Source: Chromera velia (lineage: Eukaryota). Taken from it: a stretch of 64,000 nt of DNA. The notes beneath the pieces are model-generated. The model did no database searches. It was not told the origin of the DNA and saw only the letters and a program-made list of their open reading frames with translations. Below are positions 20,544-33,987 of this stretch, in pieces (positions within the stretch are counted from its first letter, which is position 1; each line of letters starts with the position of its first letter). The position numbers and the translations under genes were made by a program. Location of the stretch: positions 1 to 64,000 of the forward strand of contig JAHBMJ010000223.1 of NCBI GenBank assembly GCA_018398765.1. The letters run 5' to 3'.

Positions 20544-22536
20544 ATGGAGGACGCTGCTTTAGACCATGAAGCAAAGCGCCACAAGGCGGAGGACGCTACG
20601 GTGGTAGCAAGCAATTTTTGTTACAGCTGCGCTCTTAAATCACTTGGAGAAAACTTTCGGCAAACACTGAAGCAAAACAAGCTATATACGACTCATGCAG
20701 CAAAAGAATAGGATTTATGTTGTCGTGTCCGACTGTTGTTCTTCTGATCAAGCTGTTAGAGGCTCTTCTATACTGACAGCCGATGTGGATAAGAACGCCC
20801 CAGTTTCAGCTCCTCTGCCATAACTGTCCTTCCTCTGGTATAATTTTCTATGACGAGTGGCCCCTTTCAGGTTCAGGCTAAGGTCGTGTTTCAGGGGGAC
20901 AACAGTCGCAGTCGGCTGCTTGTGGAGATCTCTGTCCGTCTTTGCCCAGAGGGTGTGAGGGCTGATCCGCAACTGCCTAAAGACAATATATTTTTGATAC
21001 AGTTCCTCCTTTCCGATATTGGAGGGCTGTATATACCCGATCGCATGGATACCCTCTTCAACCACCTTGAAGTCTGGTTGCCCCCTGACCCCGACATTGA
21101 CAGGGTGTTCATCCAAGTGGACTACCTATCTCTACCTGGTAAGGGCGAACTTCCCCTTCAACGCCAACATTGTTGGGGGGGTGCCAAGAGAGGTGGACGA
21201 GGTCATCAACCCCTTTGGAGACCCTCAGTATAAGGTCGGCCTCCTCCTTCTCCCAACAGTGAGGTTTGCGGAGGCAGAAGGACCGGGATGGGGGGCATGC
21301 CGACCAGGGAAGAGCGGAACGTTCACCTCCGAATCTCAGCATCTTCAGACCACTTCAGACTCTGTTCCCCAACAGCTGGTACTGTCATACGCTGGGCTTC
21401 CTTCCCCATGAACTCTTCATCGAGACGAACTTCAAAAAACTCGTGCCTGTCGGGATCTCACTGAATCCCCAGAAGGAGTGACCTGTATCTCCTCACCATG
21501 AACTGACCCCTCACAAACCGAGACAAGAAGAGTTCCCCCCCCCTAAGCAGCCATCGATGCAGCCGCTTCTGCTTACGAGCAGATCGAGTGACTACCTACT
21601 CGATGCCTTTGCTGCAGAAAACCCGAACAGTCCCGAAGTTTGTGGTTGTTTTATAGGTGTGGACTGAAGAGTCTCTGCTCCATCCCTACCAGTTGAAGGA
21701 GATCCGGCTCTCTCAGGAAATGTAGTACATGTCATGGTTCAACAGTTATCATGAGCGTTTAGAAGACGACCCGATCTCAACGGACATGATAATCTCGTGC
21801 TGTTAGGAGCTCTTAAACAAGTATGCAGACCCCTTCCATATGCCCATCAGCAACACTTGGAAAGTGAAAAAGGGGTAGAAGATGGTGACCAGATCGGGCT
21901 GCGTTATTGACGGTGACTGTGACGCTCCTACTATGGTGGTCATGAACAATGAGCCCTTCCTGATTTCGTTTGTAACGAATCACTCTTGCCTGTGGGGCCC
22001 AGAGGTATTCCTATTCGGCTTACTATAGCGGGACGTACGCCTTTCGTGGGGAAAGACTGACCTAGAAACTGACCCTAAAAGTAGCTAGAGGACTTGTAGG
22101 GTTGGGAATGGATCTGAGCAGATCTCCCCCAACCCCAACTCATAGAAGGACTGAGAAGTCATTCTTCGATCGCGAATCTACCAACACGTGAATTAAAGGA
22201 AGTCCAGTGCAACTGATGATCGAAGCTTTGTGGTTGGGGAGTTTATAAAGTGCGCACAAAGAGGATTGTCTCATGGCCGGCCTGGTGCTGCCGGTATAGA
22301 GCCATGTGCAGATCGACCAGACGGGCCTATACATACAACCAGGCACCGCCATTCTCTCTACCTCTTCTCGTAAGCGCGATCAGACCGATAAGAAGGTACT
22401 CCAACGTGAGATGCTTACGAGTTACAGAGAATGCATGATCATCTACAGGATGCTGGGAGGTCCTAGCAAATGCAAGATGGTCGAGACTACAGAAAAGGGG
22501 ATCATTACAACGGGAAAGGGATTCGATCCCGGTTAA
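20544..22536 (+). pseudogene. Decayed gene of unknown family (frameshifts and many in-frame TAG stops)
   Basis: Consecutive protein-like frame fragments at 20850-21481. One frame at ~21684-22145 is interrupted only by TAG, at 21723, 21804, 21876, 22026, 22086 and 22143. No microsatellite introns. Confidence 0.65.
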
Positions 22537-23959
22537 AGCGACACACTCTGACTTACCAGATGATCACAAAGGAAGATAGGGAAGAGAAACAATTAATTCG
22601 CCGGAAATAAAATTAACTGATCATGATTATTTAGAGTTCTAACTAAAATTCCAAGTATTTATGATTATATATTTTTACTATATATATAATAATTTATTAT
22701 TCAATATTGTTTTTCTTTTCAAGTTTGTTCAATTTAATCGATGGTCCCAACTATAGCCTGACTATAGCATTCAAATATATTCAAATCTAGAGTTAATTTT
22801 ATTGTTATAATATGAATGCTCCTCTAGATGCTCCTTCTACCAAATTAGTATCAACATTCGGAGTTTTCATTATAAAAATGTATTTCCATACTATGGTTTC
22901 CATAGTTACTTAAAGTTTCTTTATTTGAACCCCAATTTTATTATTATTATTTTTTTAAACAGCAAAATAACTGACCTGAAAACTGATACAGTACCTATAA
23001 ACTTCAAGTTATATCAAATTATGATTTTAATGCTAGCTAGTGAAATGCATGATGACATAAAACAAAAATAAAATTTGATGAAAACGCAGTTTATTCTAGA
23101 ATTTATAATAACCTGTTTATCTGTAATAAATGGTTGATGATGATTAAGTAAGCCTTTTCTTGAGCCTCTTCTACGTCAAAAAATATAGTAGTAGCCAGCT
23201 TTGCTCTCGAATACGAGGAAAAAATGGGGAGAAAGCTGCCCCCCTGCACGAGCTGGACGACAGGCATGGAATGATGGAATGGCTTGTCCACAATTGAAAG
23301 AGAACGCTGAGAAAAGCCAGCCGGTTGACATGCAGTCAGCCACATGGTGGAATCCCGGTCCCGAAATGCATCCCATGCAGAGCGAGATCAAAGAAAGAAG
23401 GTCTTCATTATTATTTTTCATGCGGACAACGCTCCCCCAACCAACGCGTACGAACGAATGAATCACCGGTGATAAAGGACGAACGCGCGGAGGGATGAAC
23501 GGGCCGAAATGAATGAATGGGCTTTCGATTGAAGCGCTGTGAAGTTTCCTTCCGAGCTAGCGGCTGAGGGGCGCCGGTCGTTCCAATGCATGAATCACCA
23601 GGCGAAGGTCTCTCGAGTCAATCTGCTGAACGTCCGATCGAGCTGTCCGTCAGTCAGTCAGTCAGTCAGTCACTGAACGGAGCACCCGTCGCCGTCCCCG
23701 CAGCTGCATTCCATACCATGCCATGGATAGTGGGGGAATATTTCAGGGGCGATCCGGCCGGAGGAAGCAGGGAGAGGGAGGGCGCAAAAGTTCTTCCCTT
23801 CCCGCAACACCTCACAACCACACGCAGGCAGAACTTACGAGGAGAGGAGAAAGAGCGAATTAGAGATGGGGGGGGGAACACGCATAAAAATGGAAGGCAA
23901 GAAGAAGAAGGAGACAGAATGAATGAATGAATGAGTGGTTCAAGGGAGGAAGAAAGGAA

Positions 23960-24150
23960 GGAAACAGAAAGCAAGTAAGGCTGGAAGGAAAATAGAGAGT
24001 GAGGAAACAGGAAGCAAGTAAGGCTGGAAGGAAAATAGAGGGTGAGGAAACAGGAACCAAAACAGGCTGGAAGGAAAATAGAGAGTGAGGAAACAGGAAC
24101 CAAAACAGGCTGGAAGGAAAATAGAGAGGGAGGAAGGACAAAGGCTGGAA
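23960..24150. repeat. 43-bp minisatellite, ~4 copies
   Basis: Unit aggctggaaggaaaatagagagtgaggaaacaggaaccaaaac repeated in tandem. Confidence 0.85.
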
Positions 24151-24259
24151 AGAGCAAAACCATCGAAGAGAAAACAGGGTGGGGAGGGAGGACACAAGAA
24201 AGCTACTGACTCGCACAAATTTCCTTTCCTCTTCTTTTCCTCCTCTTTCTCTGGTTCCA

Positions 24260-24296
<37 letters not shown>

Positions 24297-24403
24297 GGAC
24301 ACATACAGACAGAAACACGATTGAGAGAGGCCCCTTCCACAGGAGTCGTCAGTGAGTCAAGATGGATTCATACAGCTCGCTCGTTATGCTTTCTTTCTTT
24401 CTT

Positions 24404-24441
<38 letters not shown>

Positions 24442-24822
24442 CACTCGCCCCCGCCGTCCCATGACCAGACCCGCTCAGCTCACTCTCTTCCGCTGACGCA
24501 ACCAGGGATGCGCCGCCCACTTTCGCGTCAGATTGACGCACGCACTTCATCGATGGAGAGAGAGCAGGTCGGTCGAGAAGGAATCAAAAAAGGGCAGCCT
24601 GTAGCAGGGCGAGAGCAGACACACGGAAGAAAAGGCAGACAACCGCGTCACTACTGACTGTGCGGGTCGCCCACCGTTGCCCCTCCGTGCAGCGATCAGG
24701 CAGCTTTTCGCTTTCTCTTCCCCCGGTCGTAACGAGTCACAACGGAGCAGAAGATCAGAGGAAAAAAAAAAAAGGAACAAACGAAAGGGAGAATAAACTG
24801 ACGAAGCAACGAACGAACGAAC

Positions 24823-24860
<38 letters not shown>

Positions 24861-25780
24861 AAGAAAGAAAGAAAGAAAGAAAGGAGAAAAAGAAGGAAAG
24901 GAGAAAAACAAGAAGGAAAGAGAGCAGACTGACTTTCCTTCTCTCCCGCTGCTGGAGCGTCACTTCACATTCTGCACGCGTGCACATCAAGGTGGTGAGT
25001 ATCAAATGATATAAATGTATTCATGTGCTTCAACAACCATAATGCCTACTTGACTGTTGTGCACGTGTGCATCATTGCTGCGGTATTGTAGAGTCGGATC
25101 GTAATCTGCACCCAAAAGATAGATAGGGGGCCCGACTGGAAGAGAGAAGGAAGATGGGTGAATAAATTGTGAGAAGTGGTGAAGGAAGCAGGAGTCCAAT
25201 CATTCACGCTGTCATCAAACAAACAAGTCGACAAATCATGAAACAACTGGCGCACGCACACGTAACAAGAAAACACATGCAGGTATGCACGTCAGTCAGT
25301 TAGTGAGGCCGTCCACCTGTCCGTCCGCAGCGTGCGTATCCTTTTTTTTGCTTTTTTTTACCTTCACTTTTTGATTGATTGATGCACGACCAATGTCCCC
25401 CATCCTCTCTCTTCTCTCTCTCCACGCAGGAACACTCCTGTCAGCCTCCAGGCAGCCCCCCATCTCACGCAGGAACACTCCCAGTGTGCGTGTCACTTTT
25501 TTTTTCGTAAGTAACATTTTTTTACTTTTCGTCTTTTCACGTGCACAACAGCAGACACAGAGGCGGACAGACGGTCTTTCTTCCCTTCCAGCTTGTGCCG
25601 CCGACAGATAACGCCACAAGAGACGGCTTCCTGTCTTTCTTTCTTTCGTTCTCTCTCACAAAGACAGGCCAGGACAGATGGAAGGAAAAAGAGCGAAGAC
25701 GAAAAGAGAGACAGGCAGACAAAACGTGCCTTCCGTTTTTTTTTTTTCTTTCTCTTGCAGCAAGGGTGGAGTGGACTGAC

Positions 25781-26600
25781 TGCTTCGAAGAATTTCGGCC
25801 TCATGGTCACTCATCCCCACTTGCGTGAGCTTGTCCCTGTGCGCCTGGTAGATCGCCATCGCGTCTGCCAACCCTTCCTTGACCAAACGAGCCTCGAACC
25901 TCTCAAGGTGACATTTCATCAATTCCTCTCGGATGGGACTCGCAGGTCCTGTTGGCTGGCTGCAAGGGGGCAGGGAGGGAGGGGGCAGAGGCATGCAGGG
26001 AGTGATTGAGTGATTAAGTCATGTTGTGTCTGCTTCTTTCTGCGTCTGTCTGTCTATCTGTCGATTCTTTTTTCTGTCCTTTCGTCTGTCTATCTGTCTT
26101 TCCGTCCTTCCGACAGTCTGAAGGGAAGAAATCAGAGGGGACGGGCAAATCTCTCCCCTCCGTTGTGCCCCCTCCGTTAGTCTCCTTCCTTCCTTCCCAT
26201 CTGATCCACCCACCTCTCTATCTGTCTTCCTCCGTATCTGTATATTAATCGTCTATCTGCGTATATGTCTCTCTATCCATCGATCCATCGATCCATCCAT
26301 CCCCAGGCTGCCTCATTCGATCGTGCACGGACGGACCTGATGGGCTTCCAGGAAGGGTCGATGATCGAGACTGTCTCAACGTATTTCTTCTTTGCAGTGG
26401 CGGTGTCCAGGCCCTGAGCGGGGGGGTGAGTGGATGAAAGAATAAATCGACGGGTTGATGGGGATGGATGGATGAACAAAACAAGGGAAGCGAACGGAAG
26501 GGAAGGGAAGGAAGGAATCTGCGAGCGAGAAAGGGCGAATAGAAGGACGAAAGGAGTTTGAGAATCCGACTTGCCTCAGTTCGGTCTCTGTCTCTCTCTG

Positions 26601-26656
<56 letters not shown>

Positions 26657-27914
26657 TGTGCTTAAAGGTCCTCTCCTCTACTCTCTTCTCTTCTCTCCTC
26701 TTCGCCTCTCCTTCCGTGTGATTGAGCACCGAAAGAAATCAGGAGATGCAATCACTTTCTTCATGCAGCCTGCCCGGCACAACCCGAATTGTCCCATGCA
26801 CCCTCTCGGTCGGTCTGTTGCGGCCACCAAGCCTGAATGCCTGCCTGCCTGCCTGCCTGCTACCTGCCTGCCTGCCTGCCTGCCTCAGCGCTCCTCTGCC
26901 CCGCCCCGTGCCTGTCTTCCTCCCGTTCTTCCTGAAGATTACTGCGACGAAATTATCTGTCTGTCTCTCAAAACGGAATTTGGGGGAACGGGAGGCAACG
27001 CGGGGGGGGGCATCCATCGAAGCCTGCCTACATGAATGATGTCAGACACACGGATTCCTGGCACACGGCATCAGTGTGGACTCAATTAACCAATCTGAAT
27101 CACCATCCACCTTCATGTCGGTGTGCGTGTGCGATTTTTCAGCTGTCTATCGGAAGGTCCTTCTTCATGCACATTCTCCTAACAATCCTCAGGCCCCTGC
27201 AGTGACCCACCCACCTTCACGCTCGTCCATGCATCGAATTTGGCTCTCTCCTTCTGGCTGAACATGCCCGGCCTCTTCCCGGTAACATCTCCGCTGGTCG
27301 CCTGCTTGTAGTATCTGCATGCAATCATTGATTGTGTCGACAACAGACGTGTCAAATCCCAATGAATGAATGCATGCACAGCTGGTCTCTTTTGAGCAAA
27401 TTGAAAAGACATTCTTCATCATGGAGCTGCCCTCAGAGATGCTCAGAATTCTTTGTAGTTGCATTCTCCTGAGCATTCAACTTGACTTGCCACAGCCCGG
27501 CTCCGATTCCAAAATCATTCCCTTCATCTGACATGAGCCTGAGAGTCCACACACATGCAGGGTGCGTCCCATGCTTCGCGCTGATCGTCGGAGTCGCTGT
27601 GGGCCGCACGTCTGTGGGTTGACTGTCAGGGTGAAGGAACGGGAATGAATGAAACAACGTGTTTCTGTCTGTTTGATGAAGATGCACAAGGAAGAACCGG
27701 GAGAAAAAGAGAATGCGAGTGAATGTGTGTTATCATCAATATAATCCACCAGTGATGTGCACGTATCCTCTTGAGAGGCGTCTCTGAGAGGGAGAGAGGC
27801 ACACCCCCTTACTCACCCACTCACTCACTTGTAGAGCTCTAACAGCTGCGTGTTGGAGGCAGACTTGAAGGTCTTTGCGTGAGCCGCAGCCTCCTCAAAC
27901 GCTTGGTCGGCCAT
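25781..27914 (-). CDS. ACBP: Acyl-CoA-binding protein with C-terminal SAM-like domain; exons 27914-27829, 27314-27215, 26413-26337, 25959-25781; 3' end uncertain (possibly to ~24960)
   Basis: Spliced: MADQAFEEAAAHAKTFKSASNTQLLELYKYYKQATSGDVTGKRPGMFSQKERAKFDAWTSVKGLDTATAKKKYVETV (ACBP YKQAT and KFDAW motifs), then IREELMKCHLERFEARLVKEGLADAMAIYQAHRDKLTQVGMSDHEAEILRS. Confidence 0.88.
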
Positions 27915-28914
27915 GGCTCAGTGTGTCAGCCGGTTTGCGTGAAGCAGAGGCAGACAGAGGTAGACGGTCTGCAGATGAGAGACGTCTTCGTCTTGAGGGA
28001 GAGAAAGAAAGACAGCTCGACGATCGCCCTCTTGAGTGCCCAGACGGAAAGAAAGAAATATTCTCCTGCTTCCCTCCAAATGGATCTGACGGGTCTTCCG
28101 ATCGGAGCAAAGGGAAGGAGGGGAGCCTGGTCAACCTCTAAAGAAGAATCAGGTGACCTTGCTTGTAGGAAAATATGAAATGGGCAAACGAAGATGGACC
28201 TACCACTCGAGAGCGTCTAGCGCTTCTGGCAAAGGCATATGTTAATGTGTGTTCCCGTCTGCAGTGTGCAACTGGCAATTGTGCGATCGAAGTCTCGAAA
28301 ACAAGCGTTCAAGAGGAGGCAGAATGGACTAATTAATGGAGATATGATGGAGATGAATGGATCGAGGCTCTTCAATGTATCTTCGCAATTCTTCGCATGC
28401 ATGGCCCGCGCGCATTCGCGGCGCGCGCTCAGACCTTGCATCTCCTTGCTCCTGCGAAATATCTCCTATTATATGATCATTTATGATCTCCTCATCTCTC
28501 TTGCATGCATCGCGTGTGTGGAACTTCGATCATAATTAGTGGAAAAAATGTATGTCAGAAGAAGCTGTAAGATGTGCCATGCTTCATTTCGAAGCGGACC
28601 CAGTGCCACCATTGTGTTACTGACAATTGCAGTGCAAATAGTCGGCGTCTCCGGGTCGTCCGTCTCCTTCAGCCCTAACCTCTAAAAACTGCTCGAGGGC
28701 TTTTCCTTGGTTTTTCTCACGACAGCTTTGGGGTCTTGCGTGCTCTCCCCGTGGGTCTTCGGGTCTTCGGTCACTCTTCAAGCAGTCCATTTTGAGTGCC
28801 GAAAATCTAGCACAAGAGAAAAGAAAAGGTGGTATTGAAAGAACACGGACACAGTCTCAGTCTGCGTGCGGATCCAAAAGAACATAAAAGAACAAGGCCT
28901 CGTGAGACGACACG

Positions 28915-29280
28915 ATGACGACAAGTCTCGATGAGCTTTACGTCTGCTCAAGAGATTTTGAAGTACTCGGTGCGGGTCACGACTGTAAGATAACTTTGGT
29001 GCTGAGAGATGATCGAGGAGGGACTGGCGGAGACGGAGACGGCGACAAGGGGGGTGCAGCCGTTCCCGTTGGACAGATACAGAGACACAGAGATGCTGCA
29101 GGGGGAGGGTTTCTTGCTGAGAGCGTCGCGATCGCATCCGAAAAGGACAAAAATGATCTGACCGGGTGCGAATTGTGGAGTGGAGCATCGGCGGTCAGCG
29201 GTTTTGGTTCTGCTCTCCCCCTCCCTCTCTCTTTCTCTCTCTTCTTATCACTCTTTCTCTCCAGGGTGGTGCGTGCTTGC

Positions 29281-29321
<41 letters not shown>

Positions 29322-29471
29322 TCACTCTCTCTCTCTCTCTTTCTCTCTCTTCGTATCACTCTTTCTCTCCAGGGTGGTGCGTGCTTGCGTCTCTCTCTCT
29401 CACTCTCTCATTCTCTCTCTCTCTCTTTCTCTCTCTTCTTATCACTCTTTCTCTCCAGGGTGGTGCGTGCT

Positions 29472-29523
<52 letters not shown>

Positions 29524-30098
29524 TATGTGTGTGTATGTGTGTATGTGTGTGTGTGCATGTTTTGCTCTGTATGGCGTGAGGATAGCATATTGCAAAACTT
29601 TCATTTATTTCTGTCCGCTGCTCTCGTCCATTTGTCCTTGCAGTGTCTGCTGCATTTCCTTTTAAACAGACACGCGACTGGAAGAAGGGTGGGTGATGAG
29701 GGCATGAAGGCAGATGGTGGTGATGCGGGTGATGCAGAGCAATCTGTGGAGGAAGGGAGGGGAACCCCAGGAACAGCAAAGGGGAAAGGAAGAGGGAAGG
29801 GGGGCAACCCTCTGGTTGCGTGTGCACGGGTGCTTGAGTTGGGCTGTGGTCTGGGGCTGTGTGGAATGGTGGCGGCCTGCATGGGTGCGTGAGTCGATAT
29901 TCTTGGTTTGTTGTTTCTTGGATTCATCTCTATGTATTTGCTTTGTGTCTCCGTGACTTTTCTTCGTACCGCTTGTCGATTTCCTCGTATGCTGTTGTCC
30001 CTTTTTTTGTGCCCTTCATTTTCTCTTCCTTTCCCCTCTATTTTCTCTGTCTCTCTTTTTTTTTGTCGTTCCCTGTTTTCCCTGTTTTGCGTTCTTTC

Positions 30099-30135
<37 letters not shown>

Positions 30136-31374
30136 GGGTGGGTGGCTGCATGCATGGGCACTTGATTGTGAGATCGGTCATGGATGCATGCAGGTGCGAA
30201 GACGGTGTTGCTGACGGATGCCAATCGGACGGCTCTTCACCTGTGTCGCCTTTCTGTAGAGACCTTCTCCTCCTCAAATAGGACAACCGGGGAAGCGAGA
30301 GAGGAAACCTCTACAGCCACAGACGAAAAACGTGTGTCTGAGGAGGTCGCACTTCACGTGTGCGAACTTGAGTGGAGCTCTTCATTTAACGTTGAAGGCT
30401 TCATCAGACGGGAGGCCAGGAAGGGAAACACCAACTTGAGTCTGGGAACAGTCCCAAACTCGGAAGAGACTGCACTGACGGGGCCCCAGGAGTTGACGAC
30501 TATCAGCGAATGGGGCGGTTTGTTTGACGTCCTCATGGCGTCTGATGTTTTGTACGCGCACAGCGCTGCCACTGCCCTGGCGTGCACTTTGACTGCACTC
30601 CTCAAACGGTGTGTGTGCGAAAGGGGGGGAGGGGCGGTAGGGTCTATCTCGGGCGTTTCGAATGTTGACAGAGACAGTGGGGGGAGTGCTGCACTGGCAT
30701 ATGCAGCTCGGAGTCCGTTTGCAGTAGTGAGTCATGAAAGAAGATACGCCCTTGTTTTGTTTGACGATTCCGGATCGGAGTCGGAGAGCGACCCTGAGAG
30801 TGTGAGGGAGGGGACAGGGGAAAAGAGAAAGGGAAGAAGAAAAAAGGGAAAGCGGAGACGCGCTGTGAAGGAGGATAGCGATTCCGCTCTGCTGACTTTC
30901 CTTGAAACTCTGAATAAACAAACGCCCAAGGTCTCCTGGGCATGTGTGGAGATGAGGAGGAAGCCGGGAGTGGAAGGCAGGAACCGAGGCAGAGACAAGC
31001 AAGCAGCTTCCAGTAAAGATGATAAAGGCGACACTGAAAGAGTCCCGATTAGGCCTGATTCAGATCCGATTCGAATGAATGTCGATGAGTGGTTTTGCGT
31101 CTCCCTGACAGACTCCGAGACTCCGGACAGAGACTCTGAGTCTCTCTGTGGTTCCTCCTCAGAGCGACTGGTGGACAACGAGAATGGGAAGATGGAAGGG
31201 AGTCCGTCAGGGAGCTTGTTCAATGCCGAAAGAGAAAGAGAGAGACGTGCTCGAGCTGTGTCTGCCCTCCCTGAGGGCACCCACTGTCTTCTCTTGCTTT
31301 CTGCATCTCCTGAAGACCTTGATAATATCTTAGCCCAAGGGGGGTTTGATGAACTTGATTTCGAAAAATATTGA
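28915..31374 (+). CDS. Seven-beta-strand protein methyltransferase, Methyltransf_16/METTL21-like; exons ~28915-29192, ~29644-29884, ~30194-31374
   Basis: Motifs DLTGCELWSGA, RVLELGCGLGLCGMVAA, VLLTDAN, ELEW and FDVLMASDVLY. Confidence 0.9.
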
Positions 31375-31942
31375 GTATGACAGTGAATGATTGACTCGAT
31401 TATGCATACCAATGTAGTAAAATGAAAACGTGAACAGGATTTGCTACATGGAAATCACCTTTAAATATGTCCATCTTTTAATAAAGCTTATATACGGTTG
31501 GCTGGGTGACCTGGGTCGATCTGCTCAGAGCTAATTTTTAACGGTGTAGGCTTTAATTTTCATAAAATTATATTATATACATATATATTCTTTTCAATAT
31601 ATATCCTGTATAAAAGTCGAAGGCTTTTAGGGTTTAAAATTCTCCACTTTTTGTTTGTCATGTTTAGAGTTCCACAAAGCTTTTTTGGAGGTATATCCTT
31701 GTGTAAAAAAAAATATTTAGGAAATTATAGAAGTTATTTTTTCGTTTTTTGACGAGAACGTGTACACAATCATAAAAAAGACGAAGAAAAACAATTTCCT
31801 AGACAAAAGGATGTCAAAGCAGCTCAACGTATGAGCAGAGTCAGTAATGAAACCCTCTTCTAAACGGCAATTGACTAGATAACTGAGTACGTGGTCAGAG
31901 GGTCTAACTTATATATGTATAAACAAACAACTGTCAAGAATT

Positions 31943-32414
31943 TGTGGAGTCCTACCCTGTGGCGCCGCCCTCTGGACCCTCGCATGCGCTATATCTAAAT
32001 GAGCCCGCGTGCCGACACCAGGCTCCGCCGCCGCGCTTTGTTTCGTACGTGTCGCGCGCGTCGATCAAAATTGTTGAAATCGATCGAGTCTGACCTTCGT
32101 ATTCAAGCATGCAACATGTTACTCAAGCAACGGATAGCATCGTTTGAGTCTGATGTCTGTTTACCATAGATCAAGAGAGCTCTAGAGTCTGAGAGAGAGA
32201 GGAATGAGCAGAAACCGTATATGATAGAATGAATCTAGCTGATTGGAATACCAGATCGCGCTAGAACTTAAACTGATGTAGGGACAAACCTTCTGTAAAC
32301 TGTTGCCTGACTGAGTGTTGCTCACATTCCTTCTCTAAATCTTCCTAAGGTTCTTATCCTCGCTTTACCTTCTGTCTGGACGCCATAAGATGGCCGGACA
32401 GGAGGGATAAAGCA
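31943..32414 (+). repeat. 5' LTR
   Basis: tgtggagtcctaccctgtgg...ggagggataaagca; about 21 substitutions versus the 3' copy by manual alignment. Confidence 0.9.
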
Positions 32415-32419
32415 TTGTG

Positions 32420-33914
32420 GTGAACGCTTAGCTCGATGAGTGTCGACTCTCGTGTAGCTTCTGTGATGGAGATCAGATCTTCCTTTTGCACAACAGTTGA
32501 AAGCCGATTGCAACGATACGGGCACGGTCAAGCAAAGACCGTGAGTAGGGGAATTCAGTGTCCCCTTGCGTCCCAAGCTGCCCGGAGCCCTCTTTTCGAA
32601 ATCATTGTGGTGGACTGGGAACTCGGGGTGGCGTTCCTGATTGGAGAAGTGGATCGGAGACCTCTGCATGCATGGAACCGATCGTGGAGATGTTGGTTGG
32701 TGTTGCTTGGACTTTCGAGTGACTCCGTCTCACGGAGATTGCCGTCTACGAGTACATCACAAATAAAACGGCCAGTAGATTGCTTCTTTTGCTTGCTGTT
32801 CTGTGAGTGTATGACTAGTTCTGTACCTGATCGATCGGAACCGGCGTGTGCATGTCCGGCGTTGACTCTGCTGTTTGCTGCGTACGTGTCTGCACATGAA
32901 CGACTGTCCGCATATGGTCTGACTCTGTCAGGTGGTGTGTGCGCTTATTCATGGTGGTTGGCACCTTTGTGCGATAATCCTTTTGCGTCGAAATGATGCG
33001 AAAGATATGGGCGCTTAGCAGGAGGCTGAGTGTGCCACGGCCCTACAACCACTCCATCCATTGTGTACATACACACATGAAGTCGTCGGGACTCCCCTCC
33101 AAAAGAGCAGAGCTGAGAAAGTTCTTTCTGCTGCAAAGTGACACGCTGTCGGAAGCCGAGAAGACTCGCACTTTCGATCTTAATGTTGAGCCAGGAGGCA
33201 TTGGATGTATTTGATGCCCCTGAGGGAACGGCAGGCCTGAAGTACGAAAAGTCAAGTGTGTGACTGCTGCCGCGTGGTCGGGTTCCCCTATGATGAGTTG
33301 GTAAACCCCGGTGGCACCGTTCCTCTCGACTGACAGTGAGAAGGTGGAAGGATTTGAAGCTGGTGATGGCTGCTCATGAAGTAAACGATCGAACAATCAG
33401 AGCAATGCACCTCAAGGAGTGAGGTCATGACAGAGTGTTCTGAAGTCACTTGGTTTGGCATGGTAGCTTAGTGAGAACGAGGATGGCCAACACAGAAACA
33501 AGCTTTCAGGAAGCTATGAGTAGAGCAGTGTGTAGCTGCACCCTTTTCTTTTCTCTTCATCCCTTTGTAGCTGCTAACAATTCGATGACGCTGAGTTAGA
33601 CGCATGCACATGGCCGTCGTACTCCCGAACTGGCTGGTGCTGGAGACCCACGACTTCGATCGAGTCTTCCGATCGACAACATACACACATGGTGGACAAG
33701 TGCTCTTATTGGTACCATCAGTATCTGCGTCGCATACCTACGTCTGGGTGATCTTGGACTTGCGAGCATACCTTATACATCGTGGCGCTTTGAGATCGTT
33801 CTAATTCACGTGGCGCCCCGGCCCTTGAATATTTTGACATAGATGCCATCGAGATGGAGTTCTCGGAATTCTAACAACATCTATGGTGACTTGGATAAGA
33901 TCTATTGTGGGCAT
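32420..33914 (-). pseudogene. Antisense cargo reading frames inside the LTR element
   Basis: ATG at 33914 opens MPTIDLIQVTIDVVRIP..., which continues through two in-frame TAG (33803, 33740) into ORF 33686-33468. A further protein-like ORF lies at 33396-33043. Confidence 0.4.
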
Positions 33915-33987
33915 TGAAGCGCATGCTTGGTCTTTTTATTTGTTGATCGTGAGGACGCGATTTTTTTGTCTGTGGCCGGGGGGGATC

